A stretch of DNA of 64,000 nt, taken from positions 548,880 to 612,879 of the forward strand of contig JALVSY010000007.1 in NCBI GenBank assembly GCA_027036135.1, in the 5' to 3' direction. This DNA comes from Pyrodictiaceae archaeon (GTDB taxonomy: Archaea > Thermoproteota > Thermoprotei_A > Sulfolobales > Pyrodictiaceae). Below the pieces are notes generated by a model that saw nothing but the letters and a program-made list of their open reading frames with translations, was not told the origin of the DNA and ran no database searches. Position 1 is the stretch's first letter; the number at the start of each line of letters is the position of its first letter. A program made the position numbers and the translations under genes. Shown here piece after piece: positions 9,368-18,942 of this stretch.

Positions 9368-10387
9368 ATGATCCCTCGGCAAATTTCAATTATTTTCACG
9401 TATAAATGTAATTTCTTTTGCGATCATTGTTCCATGATGGCGTCTCCTAGCGAAAACATGGTTTTTGATTTTAGTCTATTTAAGAAAATTATTGATGAAG
9501 CGCGTGAAATCCCCTCAATATATACTATAGTGTTTACTGGTGGAGAACCAACACTTTATTTCAAGAAACTTTTACGATTTATAAACTATTCTTATGAGAA
9601 CGGTTTCAATACCCGCTTAATCACAAATGCTTGGTGGGCGTATTCGTACTCTTCTGCACTATCTATGGTACGTGAGCTAAGAAAGTCTGGCTTAAGAGAA
9701 ATTAACATAAGTTTTGATGATTTCCATTATTATTGGCTTAAGAAATATTATAAAGGCGAAGAAAATCTAGTAAATGCCGTCAAAGCCTCTCTTGAAGAGG
9801 GGCTTCGTACACTAATTGCTATAGCACGCTATAGTAGTGGTCAGAAAATAACAAAAAGTTATGTAGTAAATCTATTAAAGAAAGAAGGAGTGGATTTCAA
9901 AAGGATAATAATTTCTGAGGGGTATATATCGAAAATAGGACGAGCACTAAATGTACATACGACGTTCAATAGAGATGACTTAAATATTTTAAGAAACGAG
10001 GTTAGGAAACCATGTACCGAAATAGGTACTACAATAACGATTAAGCCGGATGGTAAAATACTTGCGTGTTGTGGGCATATAATTAGAACCAAAGCAGCTG
10101 ATCTATTTGAGGTTGGTAACGCGTATAACGATAGTCTTCGTGAAATCATTAAACGTCTATGGAGAAATATTCTCTTTTGGACAATTTATCTTAAGGGACC
10201 ATATTATGTACTAAAGAATATACTAGAGACAAATGATAATATAGAGGATAATTTTATCAGTAAATGCGAGATATGCTATCTTCTAGGAACAAAATTTAAA
10301 TCTAAACTTATTAATTATTTCTATAAGAATAAATATAATATAATTAATAGTCTAAGGATATATTATAAGGGATATAAAGATGAATAA
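9368..10387 (+). CDS. Radical SAM protein, YydG/EpeE peptide epimerase-like
   Basis: C14-x3-C18-x2-C21, FTGGE, TNAWW, ISFDDFH, C216, C234-C235 and C300-x2-C303. Confidence 0.85.
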   Translation: MIPRQISIIFTYKCNFFCDHCSMMASPSENMVFDFSLFKKIIDEAREIPSIYTIVFTGGEPTLYFKKLLRFINYSYENGFNTRLITNAWWAYSYSSALSMVRELRKSGLREINISFDDFHYYWLKKYYKGEENLVNAVKASLEEGLRTLIAIARYSSGQKITKSYVVNLLKKEGVDFKRIIISEGYISKIGRALNVHTTFNRDDLNILRNEVRKPCTEIGTTITIKPDGKILACCGHIIRTKAADLFEVGNAYNDSLREIIKRLWRNILFWTIYLKGPYYVLKNILETNDNIEDNFISKCEICYLLGTKFKSKLINYFYKNKYNIINSLRIYYKGYKDE

Positions 10388-10961
10388 GAAAGAAATATTC
10401 TTTATTTTAAGTTCTCTGGATGTTGGTAAGTATATGTATACAAATGCTAAGGTTTTATTATTTGCTATTATACCGATGATTGTAATAGCGGTAATAGTTT
10501 TTGTTACGGGCTTGCTTCAGTCTCCCGCGCTTCTGCATAACTTGGAAGCTGTTGTAACCTTTTTTGCTATTTTTGCTTTTATTGTTATTTTCCCTTTTAT
10601 TACCGTCTATATTAGTAGTGGGCATCGGTATATAGGTTACTGGGCCGAAGATTGTACTCTTTACGTAAGAACCATGGGTACTCTGAAGATTCCGCTTGAT
10701 AAGGCAGAGGTTCGTCTTGTGCCTTATGAGGAGTATAAGCCGGTGCTTCGTACGTGGGGTGTTGGTGTTCCTGGTATGGTGTATGGAAAGGTTATTCTAC
10801 GTGGTGGGAGAAAAGGGATAGCTCTTGTGTTTCGGCCGCAAAAGGACGCGATACTAATAACGTATCAGAACATGACTATTGTTATATCGCATCCAGGTAT
10901 TAGGGAGAGCTATGAGAAGTTGTTGAGATACCAGGAGGCGTGTATTAGGCGTGGTGGTTAG
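10380..10961 (+). CDS. Membrane protein with bacterial PH-like domain (candidate immunity protein)
   Basis: Two TM helices followed by LRTWGVGVPGMVYGKVIL, a bPH_5-like motif; overlaps the rSAM stop. Confidence 0.7.
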   Translation: MNKKEIFFILSSLDVGKYMYTNAKVLLFAIIPMIVIAVIVFVTGLLQSPALLHNLEAVVTFFAIFAFIVIFPFITVYISSGHRYIGYWAEDCTLYVRTMGTLKIPLDKAEVRLVPYEEYKPVLRTWGVGVPGMVYGKVILRGGRKGIALVFRPQKDAILITYQNMTIVISHPGIRESYEKLLRYQEACIRRGG

Positions 10962-12303
10962 TTTTTCTCCAGGCTCCTTTCAGTATGTAGGCTAGGGCCT
11001 CCTCCCGGCTAACTCCCTGCTCCTGTGCTATCCGCTCGGCTAGTCTATGGAACCAGTCCCGGTGGAGCTTGTAGGATATGTGGAGCTCGTAGAGATGCAT
11101 AGCTGGGCAAGCCATACAGCCTATGCGGACAAGGCCCTCGTGGTACAATTGGTTTACCGGGAGGTTGCGCTCAAGCAAGAATAATTGGACGACGAGGCGC
11201 GGCCAGTGATAAATCGGCAACGCCCGGATAACGCCGGGTATCAAGGGGTTCTCGCCCAGCCTCGGGGTCTTTGCCCTGGTGGTGCTCTCCCATTTACGCG
11301 CACCATCGAGTACCAGCTTGACTCTCCTCTTCTCGTAGAATTCTCTCAGCGGGTTGAGCTTTAGGAGCCTCGTGCACCACCGGTTATCACGAGTCATGAA
11401 CCCTTTCTCGGCTATGAGCTCTACCGGGTCTAGCCCCGAGCCGATAATCTCCAGGTCAACGCCTATTATCGAGGCTATCTTCTCCACATAGGCCCTTGTC
11501 TCTGGATGCTCCATCCCAGTGTCGACGTAGACTGCGACAACGTTTTCCTGGCCAACAGCCTCGCGGGCAAGCTCCAGTAATGCCGTGGAGTCGGCGCCAC
11601 CGCTGAAAGCCACGTATAGCTTGCCCCTACTGGCTTGGTAGCGGGCATAGACTCTCCGGATGAACTCCCGGGCCTCGGAGGCGAGGGCCCCTGTTACCTC
11701 CTCGTTAGCCCTAACAAGGTCCTCAATGCTAGCCGGGCTTAGTGGTCTGAATCCCCGGGGCGCCATGTCCCGGACACGGGCGATGCACAGCTCTTGGCTC
11801 CTCTCCACTATGCTCGCGGGCCCGACCCAGCCTCTGCTTGCTACCAGTGCGCAGCCGTGCCGGGGGCAGTGCCTTAGTCTGAGCTTCTTCCCCTTGAGCC
11901 TGCCACGTACATTGACCTCCTCCACCACTGCTCCCAGGGACTCGGCGAGGCTAGCAGCAGCACCGCTAGGGTATAGGAGCCAGCCACTAGTCTCGCTGTA
12001 CTCTACTACGCCGAGCCTAGCGGCGTGTGCGAAGACTTCTGCCGCGTACTCGCCCCGGGGCGCGGGGATGCGGTGAAAGACTACGAGGTGGTCGCGGAGA
12101 CCGGGGCCCACGCCGAAGCAGCGCCTCGCGAGGCAATCAGTGATGTGTTTCTCGAAGCGCCCAGCTAGCCAGTAATCACCTCTCATTCTCCAACAAGTAC
12201 TCGTCCTCCTGCAACCAATCACTGGTACTGCTGGCTCCCTCCAGAACCCTAGCTGCTCCAGCACCCTCACTACCGCGTCGAACCCAGCCACAGCACCTAG
12301 CAC
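10945..12303 (-). CDS. PAPS reductase family (PP-loop) protein
   Basis: FSGGADS, DTGMEHPET, RWCTRLLK and RIGCMACP motifs. Confidence 0.85.
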   Translation of the reverse strand: MLGAVAGFDAVVRVLEQLGFWREPAVPVIGCRRTSTCWRMRGDYWLAGRFEKHITDCLARRCFGVGPGLRDHLVVFHRIPAPRGEYAAEVFAHAARLGVVEYSETSGWLLYPSGAAASLAESLGAVVEEVNVRGRLKGKKLRLRHCPRHGCALVASRGWVGPASIVERSQELCIARVRDMAPRGFRPLSPASIEDLVRANEEVTGALASEAREFIRRVYARYQASRGKLYVAFSGGADSTALLELAREAVGQENVVAVYVDTGMEHPETRAYVEKIASIIGVDLEIIGSGLDPVELIAEKGFMTRDNRWCTRLLKLNPLREFYEKRRVKLVLDGARKWESTTRAKTPRLGENPLIPGVIRALPIYHWPRLVVQLFLLERNLPVNQLYHEGLVRIGCMACPAMHLYELHISYKLHRDWFHRLAERIAQEQGVSREEALAYILKGAWRKTNHHA

Positions 12304-12398
12304 CCAGCGCCCCGGCTAGGCCCCTTTCTCATGTGTCCTAGTACTCTTACACCGCTCCCCTTATCCACCAATATACCTAGCCTGGAGGCCCTGGAGCA

Positions 12399-13817
12399 AT
12401 GATTGATCCGGTGAAGCACTATCTGCGCGGAGAAGTGGTCGCCGAGATGGCTGAGTGGCTGCGTGGCAGATGGGTGGCTATCGCTGGTAAGAAGGCCGGG
12501 GAGCAAGTATTCATAAGGCATAGTGGCCCGGGTAGGCCTCTACGCGTCCGTGGCCCAGATGAGCTCCGCAGAATAGTCCTCCGGTACAAGGGCTCTCTGC
12601 GCACCATCTATGGCTCAGTAAACATCTATGCCAGGCTGGAGACTGATAGGGACCTAGAGGATCCAGGAAACATAGTTGCTACGACGCCGTCATGGGACAT
12701 AGACACGGTTCTCGAGAAATGGAGCTACGCCCTGGAGGCGGCGAGAGTAATTATTGAGGCCCTCGAGGCCCACGGTGTTAGGCGCTCAGTCTACCTCCTG
12801 TGGAGCGGCGAGGGAGTCCACATACATATCAACGAGAATGCTTTCTCCGAGGATCTCCGTCGCCGCATACACCCCTTCAACGCCGCCTACGCGGTGGTTG
12901 AGTACATCTTGCTCGAGACCAGGCACCGGATAATAGAGTTGTCCAAGAAGAGCGGTGGCGTGCTGAAAGCGGAGAACATAATGGATGTGAAAAGAGTATT
13001 CACAGCCCCACTCTCGCTTCACCGCGAACACGACCTAGTAGCAGTGGTCTTCCCGCCAGAGAAGCTCGACGAATTCACACTGGACTGGGCCCGGCCCGAG
13101 ACAATGAAGCACTACCCCTATGCTTGGAGACGCTACGAGACGGGCGAGGCCGACGCGCTCGCAGAGGAGGCTGTCCGGAAGCTAGGACTACGCTACCAGC
13201 TATGGCGCGGCATACACGTGAAGAAAAGCGTCGTGACGGCACAGCCAGCGAGCACAACAAGCGCAGCGACTAGCACTAGTGGCGAGGAGAAGCCGAGGAT
13301 AGGGCGCTTCGAGACAATGGCCCTACTCCAGGCAGCAAGGTACTACGTGCTAACCGGTGACCTTGACAAGGCCAAGAGCTTTGGGCTCAACCGCGCAATT
13401 TTCTACGCCTGGGCAAAGTACTATGGCCCAAGCGGGCGCTACGCCAGGGTAGCAGCGACGAGGCAGAGCAACAGCGAGAAGAGATTCGTCAAGGTATTCG
13501 AGGAAGAGGTGCCGGTAGGCCCTAGCGGCTACTTCGAGATGGGAGGCAAGGAGCAGAGACCCGAGGACTTTGACCGGCAGATACGCTCTCGCTTCGAGCA
13601 GCTCATGTCATGGGAACAGGTCTGGAAGAAGACCATAGAGTATGTCTCCAAGTTCCCTAGGAGCGTCCTACGCGACCCACAGAAGTTCTACGAGGAAGTC
13701 TACCTCCCAGTAAGGGACAACTTCGTTGAGAAAGTATTGCTCGGGAAGGGAGAGGCACGGGGCCCGACACTACTAGACTTCCTAGGAAAAGAAAGGAAGG
13801 AGAAGAAGACCAAGTAA
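12399..13817 (+). CDS. Archaeo-eukaryotic primase superfamily protein fused to an uncharacterised C-terminal domain
   Basis: WDID motif I, WSGEGVHIH motif II, FTAPLSLH; S/T linker; AKSFGLNRAIFYAWAK domain. Confidence 0.65.
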   Translation: MIDPVKHYLRGEVVAEMAEWLRGRWVAIAGKKAGEQVFIRHSGPGRPLRVRGPDELRRIVLRYKGSLRTIYGSVNIYARLETDRDLEDPGNIVATTPSWDIDTVLEKWSYALEAARVIIEALEAHGVRRSVYLLWSGEGVHIHINENAFSEDLRRRIHPFNAAYAVVEYILLETRHRIIELSKKSGGVLKAENIMDVKRVFTAPLSLHREHDLVAVVFPPEKLDEFTLDWARPETMKHYPYAWRRYETGEADALAEEAVRKLGLRYQLWRGIHVKKSVVTAQPASTTSAATSTSGEEKPRIGRFETMALLQAARYYVLTGDLDKAKSFGLNRAIFYAWAKYYGPSGRYARVAATRQSNSEKRFVKVFEEEVPVGPSGYFEMGGKEQRPEDFDRQIRSRFEQLMSWEQVWKKTIEYVSKFPRSVLRDPQKFYEEVYLPVRDNFVEKVLLGKGEARGPTLLDFLGKERKEKKTK

Positions 13818-13857
13818 CGCCTACTAATACCCTAGTCCTTGTTTCCCTCCTTCCCCG

Positions 13858-15099
13858 CTACTCTATGGTCAGCGCCTCTACGGCGTCAACAAGCTCATCC
13901 TCATCAATGGAGCCGTGCTTCTCAACGATATAGCGGACACTCATGCCGCAGGACTTCAGTATGTTTTCGAGCCTCTTACCAGCAGCTCCTCCCCAGCCAT
14001 AACTAGTGAGTATAACAACCCTCTGCCCGGCGCCAGTCTTGTCGCATAGGAGTTCGGCGATGTATTTCATCAGGGGGACTACGGAGGCCTCGTAAGTAGG
14101 TGCACCCACTACTAATAAGCTGGAGTCAATAGCGTCGCCGAGGACATCTGATACAAGGGCTCGCTCAGAGTCATTAAAGCCATAGACGCTTACCCGGTAG
14201 CCCTTCGAGGCAAGTAGCTCAGCAGCCCTCCTAGCAGCCTTCTCAACGCCGCCATACATGCTGACATATACCACAGTGGCCTTCGTAGCTATTGTGTGCT
14301 TCTCTCCCCAGAACCGATAAAGCTCAATAGCCCGGTCAACGTTCTCCTCCAGGACTAGGCCGTGTAGAGGCGCTACCGTGTTGAACAGGTTTCTATAGTC
14401 CTCTAGCTTATCCGTGCCCTTGACTACCCAGTCACGATAAGAACCTATAACGGTGGCGAAGTACTTCTTCATAAACCACGCATACTTCTCGAAATCAACG
14501 CCCCTATCACTTAGCTGGCTTGGCACCGAGTAGGCTCCGAAGACGTCACCGCTAAAGAGGACACCAAGTGGCTCAAGGATACTCATATATGTATCGGGCC
14601 AATGGAGCCAAGGAGTAGCAATGAACTCCAGTACATAGTCTCCTCCAAGCTCTAGCCGGAGCCCATTCCGCAGAGGACGATAATTATTGAGCTTCACGCC
14701 ATAAGTCTTCTCAATAATATTCCTAGCAACCGGGTGCGAATGAACAGCTATCTTCTCGTTCCTCTCTAGCAGCCGAGGTATAGCCCCGCTATGGTCAGGC
14801 TCGCTATGATGAACAACAAGGTCACTAATAGACCCAATATCAGTAATAGATTCAAGAGCCTCTAGAAAACAGTCAGCAAACCCAGCCTTAACAGTGTCCA
14901 GGAGCATAGTCTTCTCGGGCCCAGTAACTAGGTAGGAGTTATACGTTATGCCCTCCGGTATCTCCCACAAAGCCTCAAAGAACCTTATCCCCTTATCATT
15001 GACGCGGAGAACATAGAGATTGTCACGAAGCTTATCAACCAGTACCTCGCCATCATGGCCACAGGGATAGGTCTTCAGCACGGAGCACTCAACCCTCAA
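13858..15099 (-). CDS. fprA: Flavodiiron protein (A-type flavoprotein)
   Basis: GITYNSY, HSEPDHSG, PWLHWPD, SGDVFG motifs; flavodoxin motifs SMYG and SYGWGG. Confidence 0.93.
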   Translation of the reverse strand: MRVECSVLKTYPCGHDGEVLVDKLRDNLYVLRVNDKGIRFFEALWEIPEGITYNSYLVTGPEKTMLLDTVKAGFADCFLEALESITDIGSISDLVVHHSEPDHSGAIPRLLERNEKIAVHSHPVARNIIEKTYGVKLNNYRPLRNGLRLELGGDYVLEFIATPWLHWPDTYMSILEPLGVLFSGDVFGAYSVPSQLSDRGVDFEKYAWFMKKYFATVIGSYRDWVVKGTDKLEDYRNLFNTVAPLHGLVLEENVDRAIELYRFWGEKHTIATKATVVYVSMYGGVEKAARRAAELLASKGYRVSVYGFNDSERALVSDVLGDAIDSSLLVVGAPTYEASVVPLMKYIAELLCDKTGAGQRVVILTSYGWGGAAGKRLENILKSCGMSVRYIVEKHGSIDEDELVDAVEALTIE

Positions 15100-15160
15100 T
15101 TAACAAGAAGGAAGCCCCTGGAAAATTAATACAATACTCCTAGAAACACGCACGAAACCC

Positions 15161-15490
15161 CTAGCCCCCATCATCGCGGCCCTCTGGGTAGAGCCTTACG
15201 CGGTAAACACCATCAGTGACCGTGACATGTCTCTTGCCGCGATAAACCCTTAATCCCTTCTCACGAGCAATCCTAGCAACAACTTCAATATTGCTGCACT
15301 CAAGCTCAACATAATCTGGGTGATAATCTATGAGCAGCAAATGCCCCTTCTCAACAGCCCTACGCGTATAGCCCGTAGGGCGGCAATAATCGAGGAGAAA
15401 TCCCATATACTCGGGAACCGCGATCCCAGGAACAATCACTATCATCCTAGCGCCTAGCGGGCTTGGCTTCCTCTGCTTCTTAGGCGCCAA
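15161..15490 (-). CDS. Hypothetical protein
   Basis: 109-aa ORF overlapping the stop of the upstream gene; host codon usage. Confidence 0.6.
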   Translation of the reverse strand: MAPKKQRKPSPLGARMIVIVPGIAVPEYMGFLLDYCRPTGYTRRAVEKGHLLLIDYHPDYVELECSNIEVVARIAREKGLRVYRGKRHVTVTDGVYRVRLYPEGRDDGG

Positions 15491-16031
15491 TCCTGACCCC
15501 CATTCTTCTAAGTATCTTTGTTAATTCCTTTTCTAGTCCTGCTTCGCTGGCCCGCTTGAGCAGGTAGTTTAGATCTATGTTTTTCACCTGGGCTATTACT
15601 CTCTTGACATCGCTTATATCCTTCTTTTCGCCTGACATTAGCTTAAGAATTACTAGGTCCTCTAGGCTGGGTAAGTACACGTTATCACATATGTCCTTGG
15701 AGCGCTTAATCCATTCTTCATCGAGAATTAGTGGAGCATAGTTTATGTCAACGTGTATGTCGTCCTCTACTAGTAGTCCCCATTTCCTCCATTGTACTTT
15801 GAACCCCTTACTCCGAAGCACATTAGTGATAGTGTCTCTAACATCCTTTGTGAAGGGCGAAGTTATGGTTAGATTCCAGTCTCGGGTCTCTCTCCCTATA
15901 TTTATGCCGTGTAGAAGTAATGCTCTTGCGCCTATTAGGAAAACTTTCATTCCAATACTTTCAAGTAAGTTTGCTATCTTAATTAGCGTAGATGGTAGGA
16001 TATTACATGATTCATTATGGCTCAAAAGCAT
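15480..16031 (-). CDS. Nucleotidyltransferase-fold protein (AbiEii/DUF6036-like)
   Basis: LIGARALLLHG..RETRDWNL, EDLVILKL and KDISD motifs. Confidence 0.7.
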   Translation of the reverse strand: MLLSHNESCNILPSTLIKIANLLESIGMKVFLIGARALLLHGINIGRETRDWNLTITSPFTKDVRDTITNVLRSKGFKVQWRKWGLLVEDDIHVDINYAPLILDEEWIKRSKDICDNVYLPSLEDLVILKLMSGEKKDISDVKRVIAQVKNIDLNYLLKRASEAGLEKELTKILRRMGVRIGA

Positions 16032-16141
16032 ATTTCACCCAGATCGTACAAAGCTTCAATTACCAATAACCTCGCTCCTTTGAAGCCACGGGCCCTATGT
16101 CATAATATAGTAACCAGGGGACGTTATAGTATAAGTCCGTT

Positions 16142-17830
16142 GTGGGTGCTTTCTGGGGACTGGTTTTGCCGGGTAGTAATGTTGTTGGTGTTGTGCTTAG
16201 TGGTGCTACGAGTAGTGAGGCTCGGGCCCAGCTTACGGAGCTTGGTGAGAGGGTTCTCCGTGAAGGTATGCTCGTAGTTGTTGAGGCCAGGCGTGGCGAG
16301 GAGAGCTTGTTGGCCCGTGTTGATGAGTTGAGGCCTGTTCACGAGTTCTATTCTGAGGGTGATGTTTGGACTGAGGCTCGTAGGCGTGGGCTTCGGCCCG
16401 AGGTTCTTGACTCCCTGGCTCGTCGCTATACCGTGGCTTCCTTGACTATTCTTGGCAAGGCTTCGGGGCGTGGCTTGGAGGAGCCTTCTAGGCCTCCGGT
16501 TCCCGGGGATTTTGTCCGGCTCCTCGGCCCCCGGGAGCTTGGCTCGATGCTCGGCCTCAGCCCCGGTGAGCCCGGGATTGTCTACTTCGGGGAGCTTGTC
16601 GGGTATAGTGGTGTCGGTGTACCCCTTGATGTGGAGAATATTACTATGCATGTCGGGGTTTTCGGGGAGACTGGTAGCGGTAAGAGCTACGGTGTCGGCT
16701 ACCTCTTGGAGCTATTGTCCCGTATCCCGGTAGGAGATGGCTACGCAGCACTACCAGCCCTCGTTGTCGACGCTAATGGCGATTATCTTGACTATTACCG
16801 CGCATACGCAGCTGGGGAGCGTGTCGGCGGGTACGGGTTTGTTAAGCGCCTCGTTTTCCCCCGTAGCTCTGCAAGGTACTCTCCGTACACGGTGCCAGTG
16901 AGTATTGCTCTTGACGTGTTCTCTGCCAGGGAGATAGCGGAGTTCATCATAGCCTATAAGTCGGGTGGCGTGGAGCTCAACGAGCTGCAGGTCGCTGGGC
17001 TCGAGAGGGTTCTCAAGGAGTTCGAGGGGGTCTATGGCTTCACTGAGCTGCTTGTGAGCCACTTGGACGAGGTAGTGGAGGAGCTAGGCGAGCTTAGCCG
17101 TGGACGGGAGGCTTTTATTCATGCGCAGACTGCGAGGGCTATTAGGTCGGCTCTCGAGAAGTTCCGCCAAGACCTCGTGGAGAGATACGCTATTGTCTCG
17201 GAGAAACCTGTCCTCGGCCCAGGCTTCGTCGAGGAACTGGTCAACGCGCCGGGGCTGGCGATCCTCGACTTCTCCGCTGAGGGTGCCCCAGGTGTACCTC
17301 TCCCGGTCAAGCAGCTAGTCGTCGCGTATCTCCTTAGGCTCCTCTACAAGGTCTTCACAGAGTACAAGGTCTCTGGCAAGGAGCGCTACATGCTCCTGGT
17401 ACTGGAGGAGGCTCAGAACTATGCCCCGAATCCCCGCACCTACCCGGTCTCGTGGAGCCTTGCACGCGACTACCTCGCATTGATAGCTACCCAGGGGAGG
17501 AAGTTCGGCATAAGCCTCCTCCTTGTCAGCCAGCGCCCAGTGTTCGTTGACCCGGTTGTGGTATCGATGCTCAATACGTGGATAATCTATCGCCTCCCCG
17601 TGGACGATGTCTCCGTTGTCTCGAGGGCTGCCGGGGGGCTACCAAGGAGCATCGAGAAGCGGCTCCCAAGGCTACCAAGGGGAGTAGCGCTGGTTCATGG
17701 ACAGATGAACGTGCTCGGGTTCCCCGTGCTAGTGAGGACTGGGAGGAGGAGAGTAGGCCACGTAATGGGGCGCACAAGGGTCGTTGAGACGCTGCGGAGG
17801 CTATACCACGGGAGGGGAGAGCAGCAATGA
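16142..17830 (+). CDS. herA: HerA-family ATPase/helicase
   Basis: HAS barrel, GETGSGKS, LEEAQNY, GRKFG and SQRP motifs. Confidence 0.88.
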   Translation: MGAFWGLVLPGSNVVGVVLSGATSSEARAQLTELGERVLREGMLVVVEARRGEESLLARVDELRPVHEFYSEGDVWTEARRRGLRPEVLDSLARRYTVASLTILGKASGRGLEEPSRPPVPGDFVRLLGPRELGSMLGLSPGEPGIVYFGELVGYSGVGVPLDVENITMHVGVFGETGSGKSYGVGYLLELLSRIPVGDGYAALPALVVDANGDYLDYYRAYAAGERVGGYGFVKRLVFPRSSARYSPYTVPVSIALDVFSAREIAEFIIAYKSGGVELNELQVAGLERVLKEFEGVYGFTELLVSHLDEVVEELGELSRGREAFIHAQTARAIRSALEKFRQDLVERYAIVSEKPVLGPGFVEELVNAPGLAILDFSAEGAPGVPLPVKQLVVAYLLRLLYKVFTEYKVSGKERYMLLVLEEAQNYAPNPRTYPVSWSLARDYLALIATQGRKFGISLLLVSQRPVFVDPVVVSMLNTWIIYRLPVDDVSVVSRAAGGLPRSIEKRLPRLPRGVALVHGQMNVLGFPVLVRTGRRRVGHVMGRTRVVETLRRLYHGRGEQQ

Positions 17831-18909
17831 GCCTCATGAGCGGCGAGGACGAGGTAGTGAGGAGGCTCGTGGAGAAGACGAGGCAGCACCTAGAGCGCCG
17901 CCTAGGCAGGCTACGGGAGGCCCTCCGGGAAGCCCCCAGGGCTCTTGAGGCCCTGGAGCAGAGCGGCCTCATACACTACGCCAGGGACATGGACAGTGTT
18001 GCTAGTGTTGCTGGGCTTGATGGCTCTAGGCAGGTCATCAGGATGGGTCTTGGACGCTACCTAGTGATAGCCGTGACCGCGCTAGTCCATTTACCCGGGG
18101 GCATGGAGGCACGGGCTGCGAGGCTCTATTACCCCGAGGCAGAGGTCTACGAAGCCTACGACCCCTCCGGAGCAGGGATAGACGCGGCAGCGGAGGCGGG
18201 CATGCTCCTCCTAGAGACAATCTCGCTGGACAAGGTAGCCGAGACCGGGGCAAAGGTGCTCATGCTCGACGGGCCTCTCATTGATCCACCGGGCAGCGTT
18301 GATCCTGGTGTGTGGCGCCTATTATCGGGGGAGATCTTGGACAGGCTGGGCCGCGGCCTAGACTACCACGCGCTGCGAGCCGAGAAGCTGGCCAGGCTGG
18401 CGGAGAGCGGTGTTGAGGCCATAGGGGTCGTTAAGCGGGTATCAGGGTTCATGCTGATAACGAGGAGCGCAGAGGAGCTACCGCCGGGACTCCGAGGGCT
18501 AAGCGACGAAGACCTACTAGTAGTGCTTAGCAGCATTATCCGCGGCAAAGGCGTCGTCATAGGGCCCTTTACACCCCGGCTACCCGGCGGCATAGCCTCG
18601 AGGTACGAGGAGCGAGGAGCACGAATAGTTACCTACTACACCTACTCGCCCTGGACGATGAAGCCCCTCCGAGTAGAGATAATGAGCAAGCCCGGCCAAG
18701 ACTATGTGGAGAAAGCAGTGGAGACGGCTGGCCTCATAGCAGCGCTCACACCGCCCGGGCATAGCTACCCCTTACCAGTGCAGCTAGCCCACGAGAAGTC
18801 CCATTTATCGAGGCAGTTAGCGGGCCTCATATACCGCGAAGCATTGACGAGCCTGCTAAGCAGCGAGGACACAGTACTAATAGCTCCACGGCTCATAGAG
18901 GAAGCCTAG
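17827..18909 (+). CDS. nurA: NurA-family nuclease
   Basis: GLDGS, LDGPL, GVVKR and YPLPVQLAH motifs; coupled to herA. Confidence 0.82.
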   Translation: MSLMSGEDEVVRRLVEKTRQHLERRLGRLREALREAPRALEALEQSGLIHYARDMDSVASVAGLDGSRQVIRMGLGRYLVIAVTALVHLPGGMEARAARLYYPEAEVYEAYDPSGAGIDAAAEAGMLLLETISLDKVAETGAKVLMLDGPLIDPPGSVDPGVWRLLSGEILDRLGRGLDYHALRAEKLARLAESGVEAIGVVKRVSGFMLITRSAEELPPGLRGLSDEDLLVVLSSIIRGKGVVIGPFTPRLPGGIASRYEERGARIVTYYTYSPWTMKPLRVEIMSKPGQDYVEKAVETAGLIAALTPPGHSYPLPVQLAHEKSHLSRQLAGLIYREALTSLLSSEDTVLIAPRLIEEA

Positions 18910-18942
18910 GCCGCTCCTCTGCGCCCCTGGGTGTAGCTTGTC

